This document shows, in pieces, positions 11,818 through 26,545 of a stretch of DNA of 64,000 nucleotides. How positions within the stretch are numbered: the first letter of the stretch is position 1; the number at the start of each line of letters is the position of its first letter. The translations under genes were made by a program, and so were the position numbers. The notes beneath the pieces are model-generated. The model did not search any database and was not told the DNA's origin. It worked only from the letters and a program-made list of their open reading frames with translations. Source of the stretch: Hemiscyllium ocellatum (taxonomy: Eukaryota); assembly GCF_020745735.1 (NCBI RefSeq), contig NW_026867509.1, forward strand, positions 1,612,001 through 1,676,000, written 5' to 3'.

Positions 11818-13099
11818 TTGTCTGTCTATCCAAACAAAAGGACTCCTCCACTTCGGTCCATGAATATGCTTTTAATGTTGCATGTGCACAATGTCTGATT
11901 TGACATAATTGTCTACAATTTATCATCGTCCTCTGATTTTGTCAAGTAATGAGGAATGAATTCATGAATTGTGAATTCACTAGGTTTTGTAAATTTCTTG
12001 TTTTGGGGAATGTTTAACAGAAATCAGACACAAAACACAATGCAAGAACCTTATGGCCATATCCACTGTTTCTCGCAATATGTCTTCGTCGCACAGTAAT
12101 GCACTGCAGCGTCTGCGACCACGTTGTCACTGAAGGAAAAGCATTTGAACAACATTTATTATCGGTCCCTGAAGCCAGAATGGCACTTCAGAATCAAACA
12201 CATAGCTGTGGGCCGGTAATAACTTTTATCCTGACGAGGTGAGGATATAAGATTCCCAAAACACGGAAATATTTTGTATTTGTGGCACAAGAACGAGTGG
12301 AAATACTTCAGCGCCCCAATATCCCCCTGAATCCGAACGGCAAGCACATTAAACTGCACTGCCGAAACTTGACAACATACGCTGGCAGAAACCTAGACTG
12401 GGACATCAAATATCCCCGGATAATCTGAGATATTTACTGAAGACACATGGAGGTCATTTGCAAGTCTCCAGAATTGCAGAACAGAATCTATTTTAACTTG
12501 CACAAAGGAAACGCAGTGTTTACTTTAGGCATCGTGTGGCTGGTAAACCGAAAGCACCATCATTTTTTGCTCTGGAGCCCACACACTGATGCAGAGACAC
12601 CGCAGACCAAGTGCAAACATCTAGCTTGTGAATCACGGAGATGGACACCAGATGGCGGTCTCACACCGATGACCTGAAGCAACTACTCCATTTTCATAGT
12701 GAAAAGCAGTTGTTAAAATTTGGAATAAATGGAATAAAAGAGAGCCTGGTTTGGCTAGCATCATGTGGAGACAATTGTGATAACAATATTGCAATATTAT
12801 TAAGTAGAATATGGTGCAAAAGTTTCTGAGCCGACAACCTGAATTTCATTGCAGCTTCTATGTTTTGCAAGATTCTGAGTGGTTAGATATACATGTATTT
12901 AGAATTGCAGGGGCTAACTAAGAGGAGTCAGAATGGGCATTTGTATGGGAGTAAGGCCTCTGATAAGGTTCCACATAGTAGGCTTCTGGAAGGTTCGATT
13001 GCATGAATGGGAGGGAGTTGCAAACTTGAGTACACAATTGGCTTCATGCTCGGAAGCAGAGCATAATATCGGAAGGATTGGGAAACTGTGACAAGTGTC

Positions 13100-14000
13100 C
13101 GCCCTCAGGGGAGGCCGCTGGAGCCAGTGCTGTTTGTTATTTATAGCAATGTTTTGCATAAAAATTCAGAAGGAAGGATTACTAGGTTTTCATAGGACAC
13201 GAAAGGAGAAGATAACTCAGATATGAGCAAAGTTATCTGAAATTGCAGCACGACCTTTAACCAGCTGGACAAATGTTCAGAGAAATTGGAAGTGTAGTTT
13301 ATTATAGATAAGTGTGAGGTACTGCAATTTGGAAAGTCAAATCAGTTTAGATTATTCATGGTGAATGAGGGCCTGATCGAGTGTAGCGAAACAAAAGCAA
13401 GTTTTGGTTCAGGTGCACAGTTTTCTGCAAGTGGAGTCTGTTTAATTTAAATGTGTTTCGTGTTGAAAAGCTAATGAACGTATTGGTAGAGGGACTACAT
13501 GAAAGTTGTTCACATGAACTTCATTGAGATCTTTGACAAGGTTCCTACGTGAAAAGCTTGCCCCCAAAAAAACCTCAATGCATCTTTTGACAAAGACCTA
13601 AAAATACTTTGTAGATAGGAGGAAAAAGATCATGATGGAGCGTTATTTTTGTGATCTGAAGCCTGTGATCAGTGGCATAGGACAAGTGTCCATGCTGCAA
13701 CCCTTGCTGTTTGCTATGTGCATAAACGACTTATATCTGAATGCAGACGATATAATTAGTACGTTTGCAAAATTCACAGAAAGTGATGATGTTATGGACG
13801 ATGCGGTACAGCCAAAATTTGACATGGATCAGCTAGTAAATTAGGGAGAATAATGGTGAGTGGTGTTTATTCCTGAAATGTGAAATATTATGCTTTTTCA
13901 GAACGCTAATTAAAGAAGGATACACACAATGTTTGTCAGAAAGCAATTAGGAGCAAAGATCTGTAGGCCCACAAGTCCACAGATCGCTGAAGATGTCAGC
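13100..14000 (+). mobile_element. Decayed CR1 reverse-transcriptase fragments
   Basis: Track ORF 13632-13844 (ISGIGQVSMLQPLLF...ISTFAKFT) is a degenerate SGVPQGSVLGPLLF...ISKFADDT; KCEVLQFGKSN is nearby. Confidence 0.8.
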
Positions 14001-14029
14001 AAGTGTCGCACTTTAGTTGGAGATAAACG

Positions 14030-14285
14030 AGTACTATTTTCGCTAGACTGTTAATCCAGAAGCCCTGGTCAGGTTCTGGGGACACGTGTTCGAATTCTGC
14101 CATGGAAGATGGTGGAACTTGAGCTGATTGTTGGAAAAGCTCAACTGTTTCAGCAAGATGCGTCAGAGAATGAATCTGTCACCTGGTGTCGCCTACATGT
14201 GACTGCAGATGAACAGCAATGTGATTGAGTCTTAACTGCTTAAATGCTAATCTAGACAGTGGTGTCCTCATCCCTTGAATGAATT
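14030..14285 (+). mobile_element. tRNA-derived SINE, SacSINE1/DeuSINE-like
   Basis: ctagactgttaatccagaagccc...ttctggggacacgtgttcgaattctgccatggaagatggtgg...cctacatgtgactgcaga...cagcaatgtgattgagtcttaactgc resembles the shark DeuSINE consensus from memory; no database search was run. Confidence 0.7.
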
Positions 14286-14949
14286 GTTACCATTCGGGAT
14301 AAATCCTTCTGCTAAATTGAACTAAACACCCAGAAAAGCTCATCCCAACTCATAATCTGTTAAAGTATTAGTGACAATAAAATTAATATTTAAAGAAAAA
14401 ATGTTTTACATCTAGAAAAACAATAGGATGAAAGAACCTCTATCGACACTGTACGCCTCCTTTGTCGAAAGGAGATATCTACTTCCCATTCTGTAACTAT
14501 ATAATGATCTGGTAACAACCACCCTCGAATATGTTTAAAAAAATCAAATTTCGAAACAAGCCAGCTGCCGCTTTTCCATTGGTACATTCTTGTCCTCTTT
14601 TCGCCGGGCTTCTTCTTCACAGATTTCATGTGAAATGATATCTTCCAAGATAGCTTCACTACGGGCAATATAACTTTCAGAGAGAGAGTCTGCTGACTGT
14701 ATGATGTTCTTTGCCGCTCTCATAACTGTTCAATATGTCCGAGTTCCATACACCAAAACATCGGATTAACTCATTGGTCGGATGTCGTAAAAACATTAAA
14801 AATCAAATTCGATTGGATATTGGTATCTTGGGGCATAATTTATACTGATTGTTCAAATTCGAATTTGTTGTGTAACATAGCAACTCTGCTCCTGCTATTT
14901 GTTTCATTTCCAGATGTTACATTTTTAAACTTTCCAGCATATTCTGTTT

Positions 14950-15560
14950 GTTAAGTCCTTGCCAGCTTTCAAACTCTCTTAAAGGAACAGTACACGCCTA
15001 CAACTTCAGCACACATTAGAAAACAATCGCGAGCGTGATGAACAAGGCAAATGGTCTGTTTGCCTTCATTCGTTGGGTCGTTGAATGCAGTGGCAAGAAA
15101 GTTTTGTTGCAAACTCATAAAACATTGCTTAAACCAGAGATGCTGCACCACTTATCATTCTGTTCGTCCCTCAACGGGAAAACCTCCATTGCACTGGAGA
15201 CAATACAAAGCAGGATGTTGCCTGTAACGAAAAGCCTCGGTTTGTATATGTTTCTGTTTAAACAAACACAACTTGGTTTGAGAGAATCTGATTGAGGTGT
15301 GTCCAACAATCAGCGGAAGAGATAGAAAAGCTCGAGAGATTTTAATTTCCACATGGATACGTGTCCAAGACCAGAAAGCATATGTTAAAGATGAGGACGA
15401 AGAAGCGCAGAGGCAACCTGAGAAATAGAATATCATGTGGAAGTGGACGACATATGGAATGTACTGCCTGGAATGGTGGTGGAGTTGGAAACAAACACAA
15501 CATTTAACAACCATCTCGATGAATATGTAAAATACTAGGGCATAGTGGTTTCAGGTCCAG
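14950..15560 (+). mobile_element. Decayed CR1 3' ORF2/UTR fragment
   Basis: Track ORF KANGLFAFI...KVLLQTHKTLLKPEML is a degenerate KANGMLAFI...EVLLQLYKTLVRPHLEYC. Confidence 0.75.
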
Positions 15561-17046
15561 TTGCAGACAAGTGAAATTGTTGCAAATTTGTGTCCTCAAA
15601 CTGTCGATTGGCACTGTGAATAATTGAATGGTAATTGTAAAAATAGTAATAATAATACTTCTTTCTTTGTATTATCTCACTGCAAATCCAGAATCTGAAG
15701 ATTGTACATGATTACATCTATGCTGACAGGCACGGAGAAGTACAGCTCATTGGAGTTAGAACACAAACAGCAGATGAAACTTAAAGTACAGTCGAAGACA
15801 GAGTTTAAATTGTATTTTAAGTGTAAGAATGTAGTATGTTCTTCAGATCTGTTTGCTCAATAATAGTACATTCCATCTTTATATTATAACAGGCATATTG
15901 ACCTTTGTGAAAAACAATACGGAATTTTTCTAATTAAAATGATCTATAGGGCAGATCACGGGAGTCACTACTACCAGCGCTCAGGCAGTTGGACACTCTG
16001 AATTCCAGAGAAACTAGGGATGAACAATAAATGCTAAGAAAACCAGCGATATGCATGTCGCATAAAATAATAACTTTTCACTTCCTGCATGTGTTTCAAA
16101 GCAGTGCACGCGAGTAAAATAGTAGAAAACCTTCCTGTGTGATCGCTGGTCTTAAACCATTTCGACATGCTTCCAATCAATTCAAGCTAACAAAGTTCCG
16201 ACCAGTTTCATTGCGTTCTGGGAGCACAAGACAGTGAGATGATACATGAATGAAGACTATTTAGAGTATAGAGTCGAACCAGTTACTTCAAAGGTTCGAC
16301 ACTCTTGCATAGAGCGTCCAGGCCAATGCAGCTGCTTGGAGTTTCCATTATGCAGTGAGCATTTCTGATAGCTAATTTTATCTAATCACTTTCCATTATT
16401 TCTCTCAACTTCCGGGTATGATATGAAACTGATTTTTAAATATCGATTGCTCTGACCTTTTCTCCTCAAATATGCTTGTTTTCTCAAATCTGAGTGAGAT
16501 GGATTCTCACTCAGCTGCTGTCACCTGATGTTTCGACAGAAGGAGAAGCGATTATTTGAAGTTGTTCCTACGACACCGCCCGGACTGAATATTTTTTAAT
16601 GCGATACCAACACCATCTATATTCAAAACCTGAACCTATTCTGTGGAGACATTCGAGTGGCTCTAATATAAAGCGGATTTTAGTTGGTACACGTTTAGAG
16701 CTGCAGACAGTAAATAATTTCACCAGTTAAACTATCGCGGGTCGGAAGCTGACTCACTCTACAGTGAGTTACTGAGCTCTCAGCCAAAACCATTTGTGTC
16801 TCAGATTCTATTGTGCTGCATTTCTTCTATAGGTTTCGTTGAAATTGACCATGTCTGCATATCACACATCGGGTCCTCTCTGATTCATCAGTGCATTCTC
16901 TCGTATTTCTGCTCATAAAGCATTGCCCTCTGCCTCCACCTCCCTCACAATTGGCAAGACCTGAATTGCTTTTACGATTGACCATCAACATCACTTAAGT
17001 AAAGTAAACATTGCTTCAGTCAATTTTACAAGAAAAATTGTTTCAA

Positions 17047-17052
17047 TTTATT
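17047..17052 (-). terminator. Candidate polyadenylation signal (AATAAA) of GPCR copy A
   Basis: About 225 nt past the stop, followed by a U-rich tract; conserved in copy B (39565-39570). Confidence 0.45.
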
Positions 17053-17276
17053 TCATACCAGTCGCCATCATAGTTTTCAATGTGCCTGCAATTAAAGGAC
17101 TCATGTTCTTTTTGCTGGTGAAATAAAAATAAACAAGAGAATAAAACGTACAGGAACCATGATACCACAAGTTCTGCCTGTTTACATTGCATCTTTAGAA
17201 TCCCAGTGTTGTTACGTTGTACTTCTGGAACATTGTACATGATTTATAGTGAATACACATATTTTCCAATTTCGAA

Positions 17277-18175
17277 TCATTTAAGAAATTGTCGCAACAG
17301 ATATTTTAGCCCATTCTTTAATTCGTCTCTGAATTTATTTTGGGTTCCAGCATAAATAAACGGATTGATGCATGAACACAAAAATAAAAGCATAAATGCA
17401 TTCTCCTCAAGGATAAATGTCGATTTGCTAAAAAGTGAACCTGAAAAATAGGTCACTTTCACAATTCGGACATAGAGGATCGTTGTAAAAGATAACAAAT
17501 ACAACAAAAGGAAACTGCCTGAAATGGCAAAGAGTAAAGTGATGGACTTTTTCCGCTTCTCCATCTCTGGGTCTCTCTGATTCTCTGTGTGACTATCCGC
17601 CCTGAGTCTCCTTCGGGCTCCATTGGCCAGAAGAATATATCTAATCGTCAAAGCATTGAGCAGTAAAATCAGGACGAATGGAAGAAGAGGGTTGAAAATG
17701 CTACGAAGTAAATCATATGCGGCCCAAACAGGTGACTCATAAAATATCAATTTTATGTTGCAGAACCAGGATACGTTATTAATTGTGTACACAGGTTCAT
17801 ATATATAAAACAAAAATGCATTTTTTACGCAACACAGCGTAGACACGATCCCTATGACCCATGCTGCGACCATTCTGGTGCAATATTTTATTTTCAGCTT
17901 CTGACAAGAAATCACCACAAATCGATCAAAGGTGAAAACGACAGTAAACCAAGCAGAGCTGTCTACAGTGGTGGAATTTAAGACAGCACGAAGTCTGCAA
18001 ACTGGAGTAATGGACAGAAAACTGTATGGAAAGTAAATCCCAGATATACGGTTTAATATTACACAGGTTACCAGGACCAGGAGGTCAGCCACCGCCATGG
18101 ACACCAGGTAAAGTATCATACACCCAGACAAACCACATTGCCTTCGAGGCAAGATCGCAATCACAGCCAAATTCG
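17277..18175 (-). CDS. Class A (rhodopsin-like) orphan GPCR, shark GPR139-like family, copy A, exon 2 (899 nt)
   Basis: Open frame with seven-TM motifs: (P)ANLAVIAIL, LVSMAVADLL, FTFDRF (DRY equivalent), ECL2 WFC, NPLLPFVLILLLN, FAISGSFLLL, CINPFIY (NPxxY). Phase-1 acceptor tttcAG at 18176-18177. Confidence 0.95.
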
Positions 18176-19129
18176 CTGAAATAGAAAGAGACTATTTAGG
18201 TTTCATAAAATGGACGAATGGATAATTTATATTCCAGTTTCCAGTAAAATTAACCACTTTATTGAATGCTCTTGAATCATATAACTCAATGGCCTTTAGA
18301 GCTTTCAGGAAATGAAAACGTCACTGTAATTAAAATACAAATCCAGCTGAAACATGTCCTTGTTAATGACATCGGATGGCAAATATTCTGTTGGATTATT
18401 AACAGAGAATCATGTCTACAATGACATTTCCTGGCCACGTTGATCATTCAGTCAACTTTCACTTGATCACTTAGGTGTACTAGAGAACGATAACAGCAAA
18501 ATATAGCAGAAAACCTTCAGTGGGGAAATAGTAAAACGATTATGTGGAAGCTGGCAGGGTCGCAGGTTACGCTTCATTCAGGATCACATACGGTTCCTTC
18601 GAATGAGATTCGGTGAAAACGCTCATTTTATGCATGTCAGCAATTGCTTTGTTTAGACATATGCTGAAACAGACATAGGTGAGGCGCCAATTTGTATTTC
18701 TCTGAATTTGGGAATGTAACTCTGAGTTCTCCAGCTGATAATCACAAGGAACTTTTGTGTGCAGTCTAGCCAAGCCAGGAATAAATCTGCTAAATGTTTC
18801 CTTATATGAAATGCTTTCAAATATTTTCCAACTGAAAAACTCACTGCAGTGGGCAGGACGTCAGCTGTGGTTTCATTATGTCCCTGAAGCTCAAGAATAC
18901 CTACATTTTACTAGATATCAATTTGTCTTGAAATTAACAGTGATTTGAATCTATGATCCCAGTAACTTGATGCGTCTGCACATTTGCATTCAGTGATCAA
19001 TTTGTAAGAATAATAGGCTGGCTATGGTAGGCGTTTTTTTTTAAATTTCTTAACATAGAGTGGAACTGCCATAGTGTTAAGGGTTTAGACTGAGACGAAT
19101 ATGTAAATTGTGTTCAAGAAAATTTTCTG

Positions 19130-21465
19130 ATTCAGTACATGAATATACCTACTAGAGAAGGTGCAAAGCTTGACCTACTCTTGAAAAATAAGACAGGGCA
19201 GGTGACTGAGGCGTCAGTGGCGAGCGACTATAATTCTATTAATTTTATATTAATGATGTAAAAAGACAGACCGGATCTAAAAGTTGAATTGCGACATTGT
19301 GGAAAGGCCAATTTTGACGGTATGAGGCAAGAATATTCAAAAGCTAACTCGGGGCATATGTTCACTGATAAAGGGACGGCTGAAAAATGAAAAGCCTTCA
19401 GAAATGAGATAACGAGAGTCCAGAAAAGGTATATTCCACTTAAGGTGAAAAAAAGGGCTTTGAGGTATAGGGAATGCTGGGTGACTAAAGAAGTAAAGGG
19501 TTGGTTAAGAAAATGAAGGAAGCGTATGTCATGTGCAGGCACGACAGATCGAGCAAATTCTTAGAGGATAAAGGCAGTAGGAGAATACTTAAGACAGACA
19601 TCAGGAGAGCAAAAAGGGGACATGAGATACCTTTTGCAAATACAGTTAAGGAGAATCCAAAAGGTTTTTACAGATACATTAAGGATAAAAGTGTAACGAG
19701 GGAGAGAATAGTGTTCCTCAAACATCAGGAAGGTGGCAATAGCGTGGAGCCGCAGGAGATGGGGGAGACACTAAACGAGAATTTTGCATCGGTATTTACT
19801 GTGGGAAAAGACATGGAATAGAAAGAATGTAGTGAAATTGATGGTGACGTCTTGAAAAATGTTCACCTTACAAAGATGGAAATGCTGGCTGTCTTAAACG
19901 CATAAAATTGGATAAATCTCCAGGACCTTATCAGGTGTACCCTAGAACTCGGTGGGAAGTTAGGGAAGTGATTGATGAACCTCTTACTGAGATAATTGTA
20001 TCATCAATAGTGACAGATGAGGTGCCAGAAGAGGTTGGCTAACGTGGTACCACTGTTTAATAAAGGTGGTAAGGACAAACCAAGGACCAATGGACCAGTG
20101 AGCTTGACAACAGTGCGGGGCAAGTTACTGGAGGGAATCCTGATGCCCATAATATAAATATATTTGTAAAGGCAAGGACTGATCTGCGATAGTTAACATT
20201 GCGTTGTGCGTGGAAATTCATGTCTCATAAACTTGATTGAGCTTTCTTTGAAGAAAGACCGAAGAGTGTTGATGAGGACAGAGCGGTAGTTGTGACCTAT
20301 GTGGACTTCGGTAAAGTGTTCGTCAAGGTTGCCCATGGGAGATTAGTTAGCAAGATTAGATCTCATCGAATACAACGTAGAACTACCGATTTCGATGTAG
20401 TACTGGCTCAAAGATAGATGACAGATGGTGATGGTGGTGGGCTGTTTTTCACACTGTAGGCCTATGACCAGTGGAGTGCCACAAGGATCGGCAATGGGTC
20501 CACTACCTTTCATTATTTATAGAAATGATTTGAGTGTGAAAATGACAGGCAAAGTTAAGAAGATTCCAGATCACCCCAAAATTGAAGGTGCAGTGGACAA
20601 CAAAAACAGTTACTTCAGATTACAACGGTATATTGTTCAGATGGGCCAATTGGCTGAGAAATGGAAAATGGAGTTTTATTTAAGTAAACGTGAAGTGCTG
20701 CTTTTTGGGAAAGCAAATCTTATCAGGACTTAAACATTTAAAAGTAAGGTTCTAGGAAGTTTGCTGCAAAAAGTACCTTGGTGTGCAAGTTCATAGCTCC
20801 TTGAAAGTGAGTCCCAGGTAGTTAGGATAATGAAGAAGGCGTTGAGTATGCCTTCTTTTATAGGTCAGGAGGTAGGAGTTGGGAAGTCTTGTTGTGGCGA
20901 TACGCCACATTGGTTAGGCTACTGATGGGATATTGCGTGCAATTCTGTTCTTCTTATCGGAAAGATGAAGTAAAACTTGAAAGTGTTCAGAAAGATTTCC
21001 AAGGATGTTGCCAGGGTTGGAGGATTTGAACCATAGGAAGAAGTTGAATAGGCTAGGACTATTCCCCCTGCATCATCGGAGGCTGAGGGACAACCTTATA
21101 CAGGTTTGTGAAATCGGGAGGGGCATGGAATGGATAAATTGACAAAGACTGTGTTTGGGGAGTCCGAACAAGACGGCATAGGTTTAGGGTGAGAGGGGAA
21201 AGGTAAAGAATAGATCAAAGGGGCAACATTTTCACACAGAGTGTGATATAGGTATGGATTGAGCTGCCAGAGGAATTGGTAAAGGCCTGTACAATTGCTA
21301 TGTTTAAAAGTCATCTAGATGGGTATATGAATAGGAAAGGTTTAGAGCGATATAGGCAGGTGCTGGCAAATGGGATTAGATTCGGTTCGGAAATATGTTG
21401 GACATGGAGGAGTTGGACTCAAGGGTCTGTTTCCGTGCTGCATGTTTATGACTCTTTGACTCGAC
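19130..21465 (+). mobile_element. 5'-truncated decayed CR1 LINE (ORF2 C-terminal endonuclease region, RT, 3' UTR) in the GPCR-A intron, antisense to the gene
   Basis: Track ORFs IRRAKRGHEIPFANTVKENPKGFYRYIK and TSGVPQGSAMGPLPF; many stops and frameshifts. Confidence 0.92.
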
Positions 21466-22869
21466 AAGTAAAATAACTTCTGCAAATGGTGATCATTAGG
21501 ACATTTTGCTTGGTTTTTACTGTTTCGTCCACCGTGCGCAATTACACATTTATCTCACATTATCCTTTATCAGTTTTCTCTGCTTACTTAACTTTTTTTT
21601 AGACCCAGCTTACGTACTCTTGAAACATATGTTAAAATCTATTTCGGAGGCACATCATTTTGATAATAATACATTCTTACCGTTATCTATGGCATTCATA
21701 AACATTCTAAAAGTTCAGACAATCAGCACTAACATTTGGGCTATGCCAAATTTTGCATTGTACCAATAAAATACCATTTGGCCACCTCTTGGTTTTCTGT
21801 TAGCAAGTTTATCTCTCGACGCAAACGCAACAATTCTTACACCGTGTCAATTATTCTTCACATTAACGATTGATATGATACCTCGTCAAATACATTTTGG
21901 AAATCTGCATTTTTCAAATGTTCCACACGTTATGTTACGAATTTTTGAAAAAGTTCAATAAAGTTTAATGTGGATTTGTTTTGACAAAGTACATTTATAA
22001 TGCCTAGTTACTTTTATCTCAATGGTCCTGTAGTAATGAATTTTACAATGAATTTGAACGTAAAGGTTTTGAGAGATGTGAAACGAACTAGCGGGGAAGT
22101 TTCCTGTTTTCTGAAACATCCAATACCCAAACCTCCACTTCCTGAATAAGGGCCTTAATTTCGCAATTTATGACGATGCTGAAACCTTGGGAAAAAAAAT
22201 TACTCCTGGATATTTAGAACCAATTGAACCATTACCTCTGCTAAAAATGCGACAGAATATCTGAAATTTCTGCGCCATTAACAACCATATTTTAATCTAA
22301 AATCAAACACGTTTACATTGCAGTAATTTTGTGGCAATTGGAATTATAAAGCGTTATTAATAATGCAGCATTACTACATTCAACCGAGATAATGATGCTA
22401 TTCATCCCTCCCAGAGACAGTGAATGAAATAAATATAACAATCATCTTGCGTTGATAATGATAAATCGGGAAAGTATTCAAGTGATGAAGTGGAACTTGG
22501 AGCATAAAGGCACACAAACATTGAAGAGATAAATTAAGCAGGTGTTTCAAAGAAACAACGTGGATTATGTCCTAGAATACAACGTTGAATGAGACAAAAT
22601 ACAATATTCAGATGGAGCGAAATCACCTCAGCCAATGACACAAATTATAAGGTTAAGTGATCAGGTAAAACGGTTAATGGAGAGAATGACTGTATTAAAA
22701 TACAGACATTTTATCAAATAAACAGAATAATTTGTAACATTGAAGTGATAGACGATGCTAGTTAAAAGCAGGAACAATATCTATCATGGGGATTTGTTAG
22801 CGGCAAAATGAAGAACTGATGCAGTTGAATTATGAAACACGAAGTTACAGCTGAAGTTCAATACATCAC

Positions 22870-22939
22870 CTGGCACTCCAATTATTGCAATGATGGGGTA
22901 GTAGATGGCAAACACCAGACCTTCTGGTATTCCGTGCAT
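22870..22939 (-). CDS. GPCR copy A, exon 1 (70 nt; MHGIPEGLVFAIYYPIIAIIGVP+G)
   Basis: ATG at 22939, GT donor after 70 nt (phase 1); splices to exon 2 to give ...GVP-A-NLAVIAIL, 322 aa in total, intron 4694 nt. Confidence 0.88.
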
Positions 22940-25900
22940 TTCTAATGAAAACTCGAGTGCAATATGCACTTCACCGCAAAAACGATCATTGTTGTAGAGG
23001 GTGGTAAGTCCGCAGGGAGAAATTCAGATATTACATCATTTATGTTAATTACCAATTACTAAAACAAAACAGGTCAGTGCAGCTGCTGTTTGACTGAAGC
23101 TTCTGTTAAAATAGAATCGATTGTTTTCCATGGTCTAATTCACTACTCCTATAGGAAGTATTCGGAATTTGTAGAAGTGTCCAAGTTGCATTCCATTACA
23201 TAAAATAAAGACAGTTACTTGTTTTTTGTTTAAAAGTGGACATCTGCATTACTGAACAGTCTGACAAAAATAAATTGTCTTGAAGGACATAACCATTTTC
23301 TCAGTTAGGATAATTTTTTTTTCTGTTTGATCATTCGCCAAGGTCAAAATGATTTTGAAAACCTATAACGCAATTGGTTGCAACAAAATTATAGATAAAT
23401 CCTTCAAAGTAATTACAATGAGATGCATGAAATCAAGTCTTCACTGATACATCACCACGTCTGTGCTATTATAACCAAACCCTCAGATTTAGACTGTTAC
23501 ACTCAGTGCAAATGTATCTGATTCAGAACAATCATACTTGTGCGTAAATCTGGTTCAGCGCCTTGATAAGTTGCAGAAACACTGACACAATACTTATGTG
23601 CAATATCAGGTCAGTGTAGTTTGTCTGCCAAAAATCAGATCAAGTGCACATGTGATCTGATGCAAGTTACCTCCAGTTGGCTCTAATCCAAACTGGCTTT
23701 TTTTTATGATGGACCATCATTTGGATAAAAACGACCCACGAGGGAATTGCACGCCAGTTTAACACTTTACAGGAGCGAACAAAAAAGTGTACTGTATTAA
23801 CACGCAGCTATTAATTCGGTGATATACATTAGAATGTGCATTAAAGCTGCGGTGCAGATAATTATCATGTTTTTTTTGCAATTTTAATTTGGAACATTCA
23901 GATGGAAGTGAAACTAGCTTCTAAGAATAACAACCTCGCTAAGAAGCCAGGTCATCACTGGATTTTGCTAAAGCATCATCTTTGAACACAAGATGAGGGT
24001 TGTTAACAACGACTTCAAGTCATTACGTGGAATACTGCCGCATATGTTTCATATACAGTTCCTCTAAAATCACAATAATTGAGTATGTACATGACTTGTA
24101 AGTACTAAAGCACGATACCAATAAAGAAAATTGGGAGCGTATCCTGCAGTATCTGAAGAAAATATCACCTAGGTTCAAAACCAAGAAAAACTTGAAGCAC
24201 ACTCACTTTATCAAAGTTTTGTGCTGCTCCTATCAAACACTTTAACTCAGAAATCGATCCAACATAATCAGCAGTAGAATGCAGTGCACTTTTGTGTCAT
24301 GAATGGACAAAAATATGTCTTGCTGAGACACAACAGACTGTGAAAGAGCAGCGGAAGTGGCATGGCTCTAAGTCAAGCCTGGGCCTGGGTACATGACGGT
24401 GGTGATGGTGAAATTCTCGCTGCATCGTGCCGGGATGATTCACTCGTGTGTGTTCGCAGATGAATGGATGAATCTGTGTTTTTGAATTCCAGGCTGTGGG
24501 GTCTCATGGAGGAAGGGGCGAGGTGACCTGGTCGTTCCCTTTTCTTTTTGCTGTTTTTGCGCGAAAATGTGTTCTGGACAAAGCAAGACCCCTTGAAACA
24601 TTTCAACAAGGCAGACCAGATCCTAAGTTTTATCAATTTTTAAACAAATAAACGTGGACATTCCATGACCGACAAATCTGGTCAAACCAATCAGTTTTAA
24701 ACAAAACAGAATTTATGGACAGACGACAATTTGAAACCAAAACAAAATAGAATGGAATATACAATGACTTAAATTATCTTAGAAACCAACCGACTCTGTG
24801 GGAAGTTAATGACCTTGTCCCAATTTCTGGAATTCCACAAACACACCACTTGGTAAAAAAAAAGGTAAATTCAAGCACAGGTTCGTCCAAGTCAGAGCTT
24901 GCAGAGAGGATCAGCCAGAGATCATTGAATGAAGCATGGACCCTCTTTCCACTATAACTGCTTCTCTATGTTCCCAGCTTAAATTAAACCAAACGGAAAA
25001 AAATCGCTGAAATCAGAGAACTTGTCAATCCCGTTTATGTTCAACTGCTGTCAGAAAAATCGTGGTCATGTCAATATAACGATAAAACATTCAACTAAAA
25101 ATTTAAATCTAAATCATAACGAGAAACGACAATTTGATACACCTACTGAGGTTTCCTGTTCTCGCAAAAGATACATTACTGCATGTATTGAACTCAACGC
25201 ATGAGGTTATCCGTTGGCTGAGGCATTTCTCAAGTGTACAATGAATACTCAAGCATCAAATGTTTCTTAGTCAGAAATCTTGAGTTCAGTCTTGGTGAAT
25301 TCACCAGAACGTCTGCATATGTGATTTCGCAGGATGCACGATGTGGTTTGGCGATTCTACTTGATGCAGATCAGACATCCTTTTATTGAATGACAGAACA
25401 GACATATCTGTAGTCACCACAACAATACCAACATACACCATAAAACCAACTAATACCGAACTCCACAGTATGTGCGGTGTTATTATCCCACATAATAGGA
25501 GGAAGAACAGATGAGCAGATTGGTGCTGTTTGTTGGTGTTGTACTGATCATCACAAAAGCCAGGCCTCAGCCAATTCCATTTACTTCACATCACATGAAG
25601 CACTGGATGAAAGTATTGGGCGCTGCAAGACCATTGCGATTGACAGAAATCTAACAATACTGCGAAGGATTTGTGCACTAGAATGAATTGCGACCACAGT
25701 TCTTGTTTTAAGTTAATTTAAAACTTTAAATCTGCCCGTAAACTGTGCTGAACTCATGGGATAAATGAACAACAACTTTACATTGTAGCAGGGATTTCAA
25801 CTTGTTCGTATTATCCCACCAGCAATGAATATTATTTATTCTGCTACCGGCAATACTTCGACTCACAACCTGAACTCATTGTGTGGAAACACATTAGAGG

Positions 25901-26545
25901 TTCTGAATTCACAGCAAATTTTGTTGATACCTTTCTAAAGCTCCAAAAATTGAATAAATTCAACGCTTCTTCTATTTCAGAAATGGAGCTGACTCGATCT
26001 CCGGACTGATCTCTCAGACTCAGTGACAGAAAGCTATTTCTACTGAGCATAGAAACATTATTGTCTCACATTCCTTGGTACAACATTTGGTTAAGGTCGA
26101 TCACAATTGTATATTTATGCTTAATTTATTTTAGAGTATTTTTGTCCGATCACTGAAATCCCTTGCATTCCTGTTCATAAAACAATAGCTTGGCACAATG
26201 GAAAATAGCTCAGTTATTTGGTCAATAGATCATTAAAATCCGATACTTTAACGAAACATAGCCTCAGTCAATTATACAGGATATAGTGTTTAGATTTATT
26301 TCAGAAAAATCATCTTTTTACGTTTACATTATGTATGTAATTATGGAAAACAACAAAGATTGGTTTATCTGGTCACATTAAACAACATCAAATGCATAAA
26401 ACGTGCAAGAATTCCTGATACTACTCATTATTACTACACATTATGTCTGTTTAAATGGCACATTTCTTGCCTTAGTATTATTACGTTATACTTTGGGAAC
26501 ATTGCAGATGGCTAACATAGAATATTTCCATTTTCATGTTTTGAA

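Larger units (their letters stand above)
4960..25800. repeat. Segmental duplication unit A (V+, V-, VH-like V, GPCR)
   Basis: Colinear with 28260-52455 (offset ~22.4-22.5 kb) and 54630-61852 (offset ~49.7 kb), by eye about 85-90% identical outside the GPCR coding sequence. Boundaries approximate. Confidence 0.92.

Noticed and set aside
12159-12829. Short ORFs recurring in units A and B (also 34685-35357)
   Set aside because: Recurrence is explained by the duplication; stops and frames are not conserved and no domain is recognisable.
24600-25050. Possible solo LTR upstream of the GPCR (also ~47200-47600)
   Set aside because: Composition is suggestive only; no TG...CA termini or TSD could be identified by eye.
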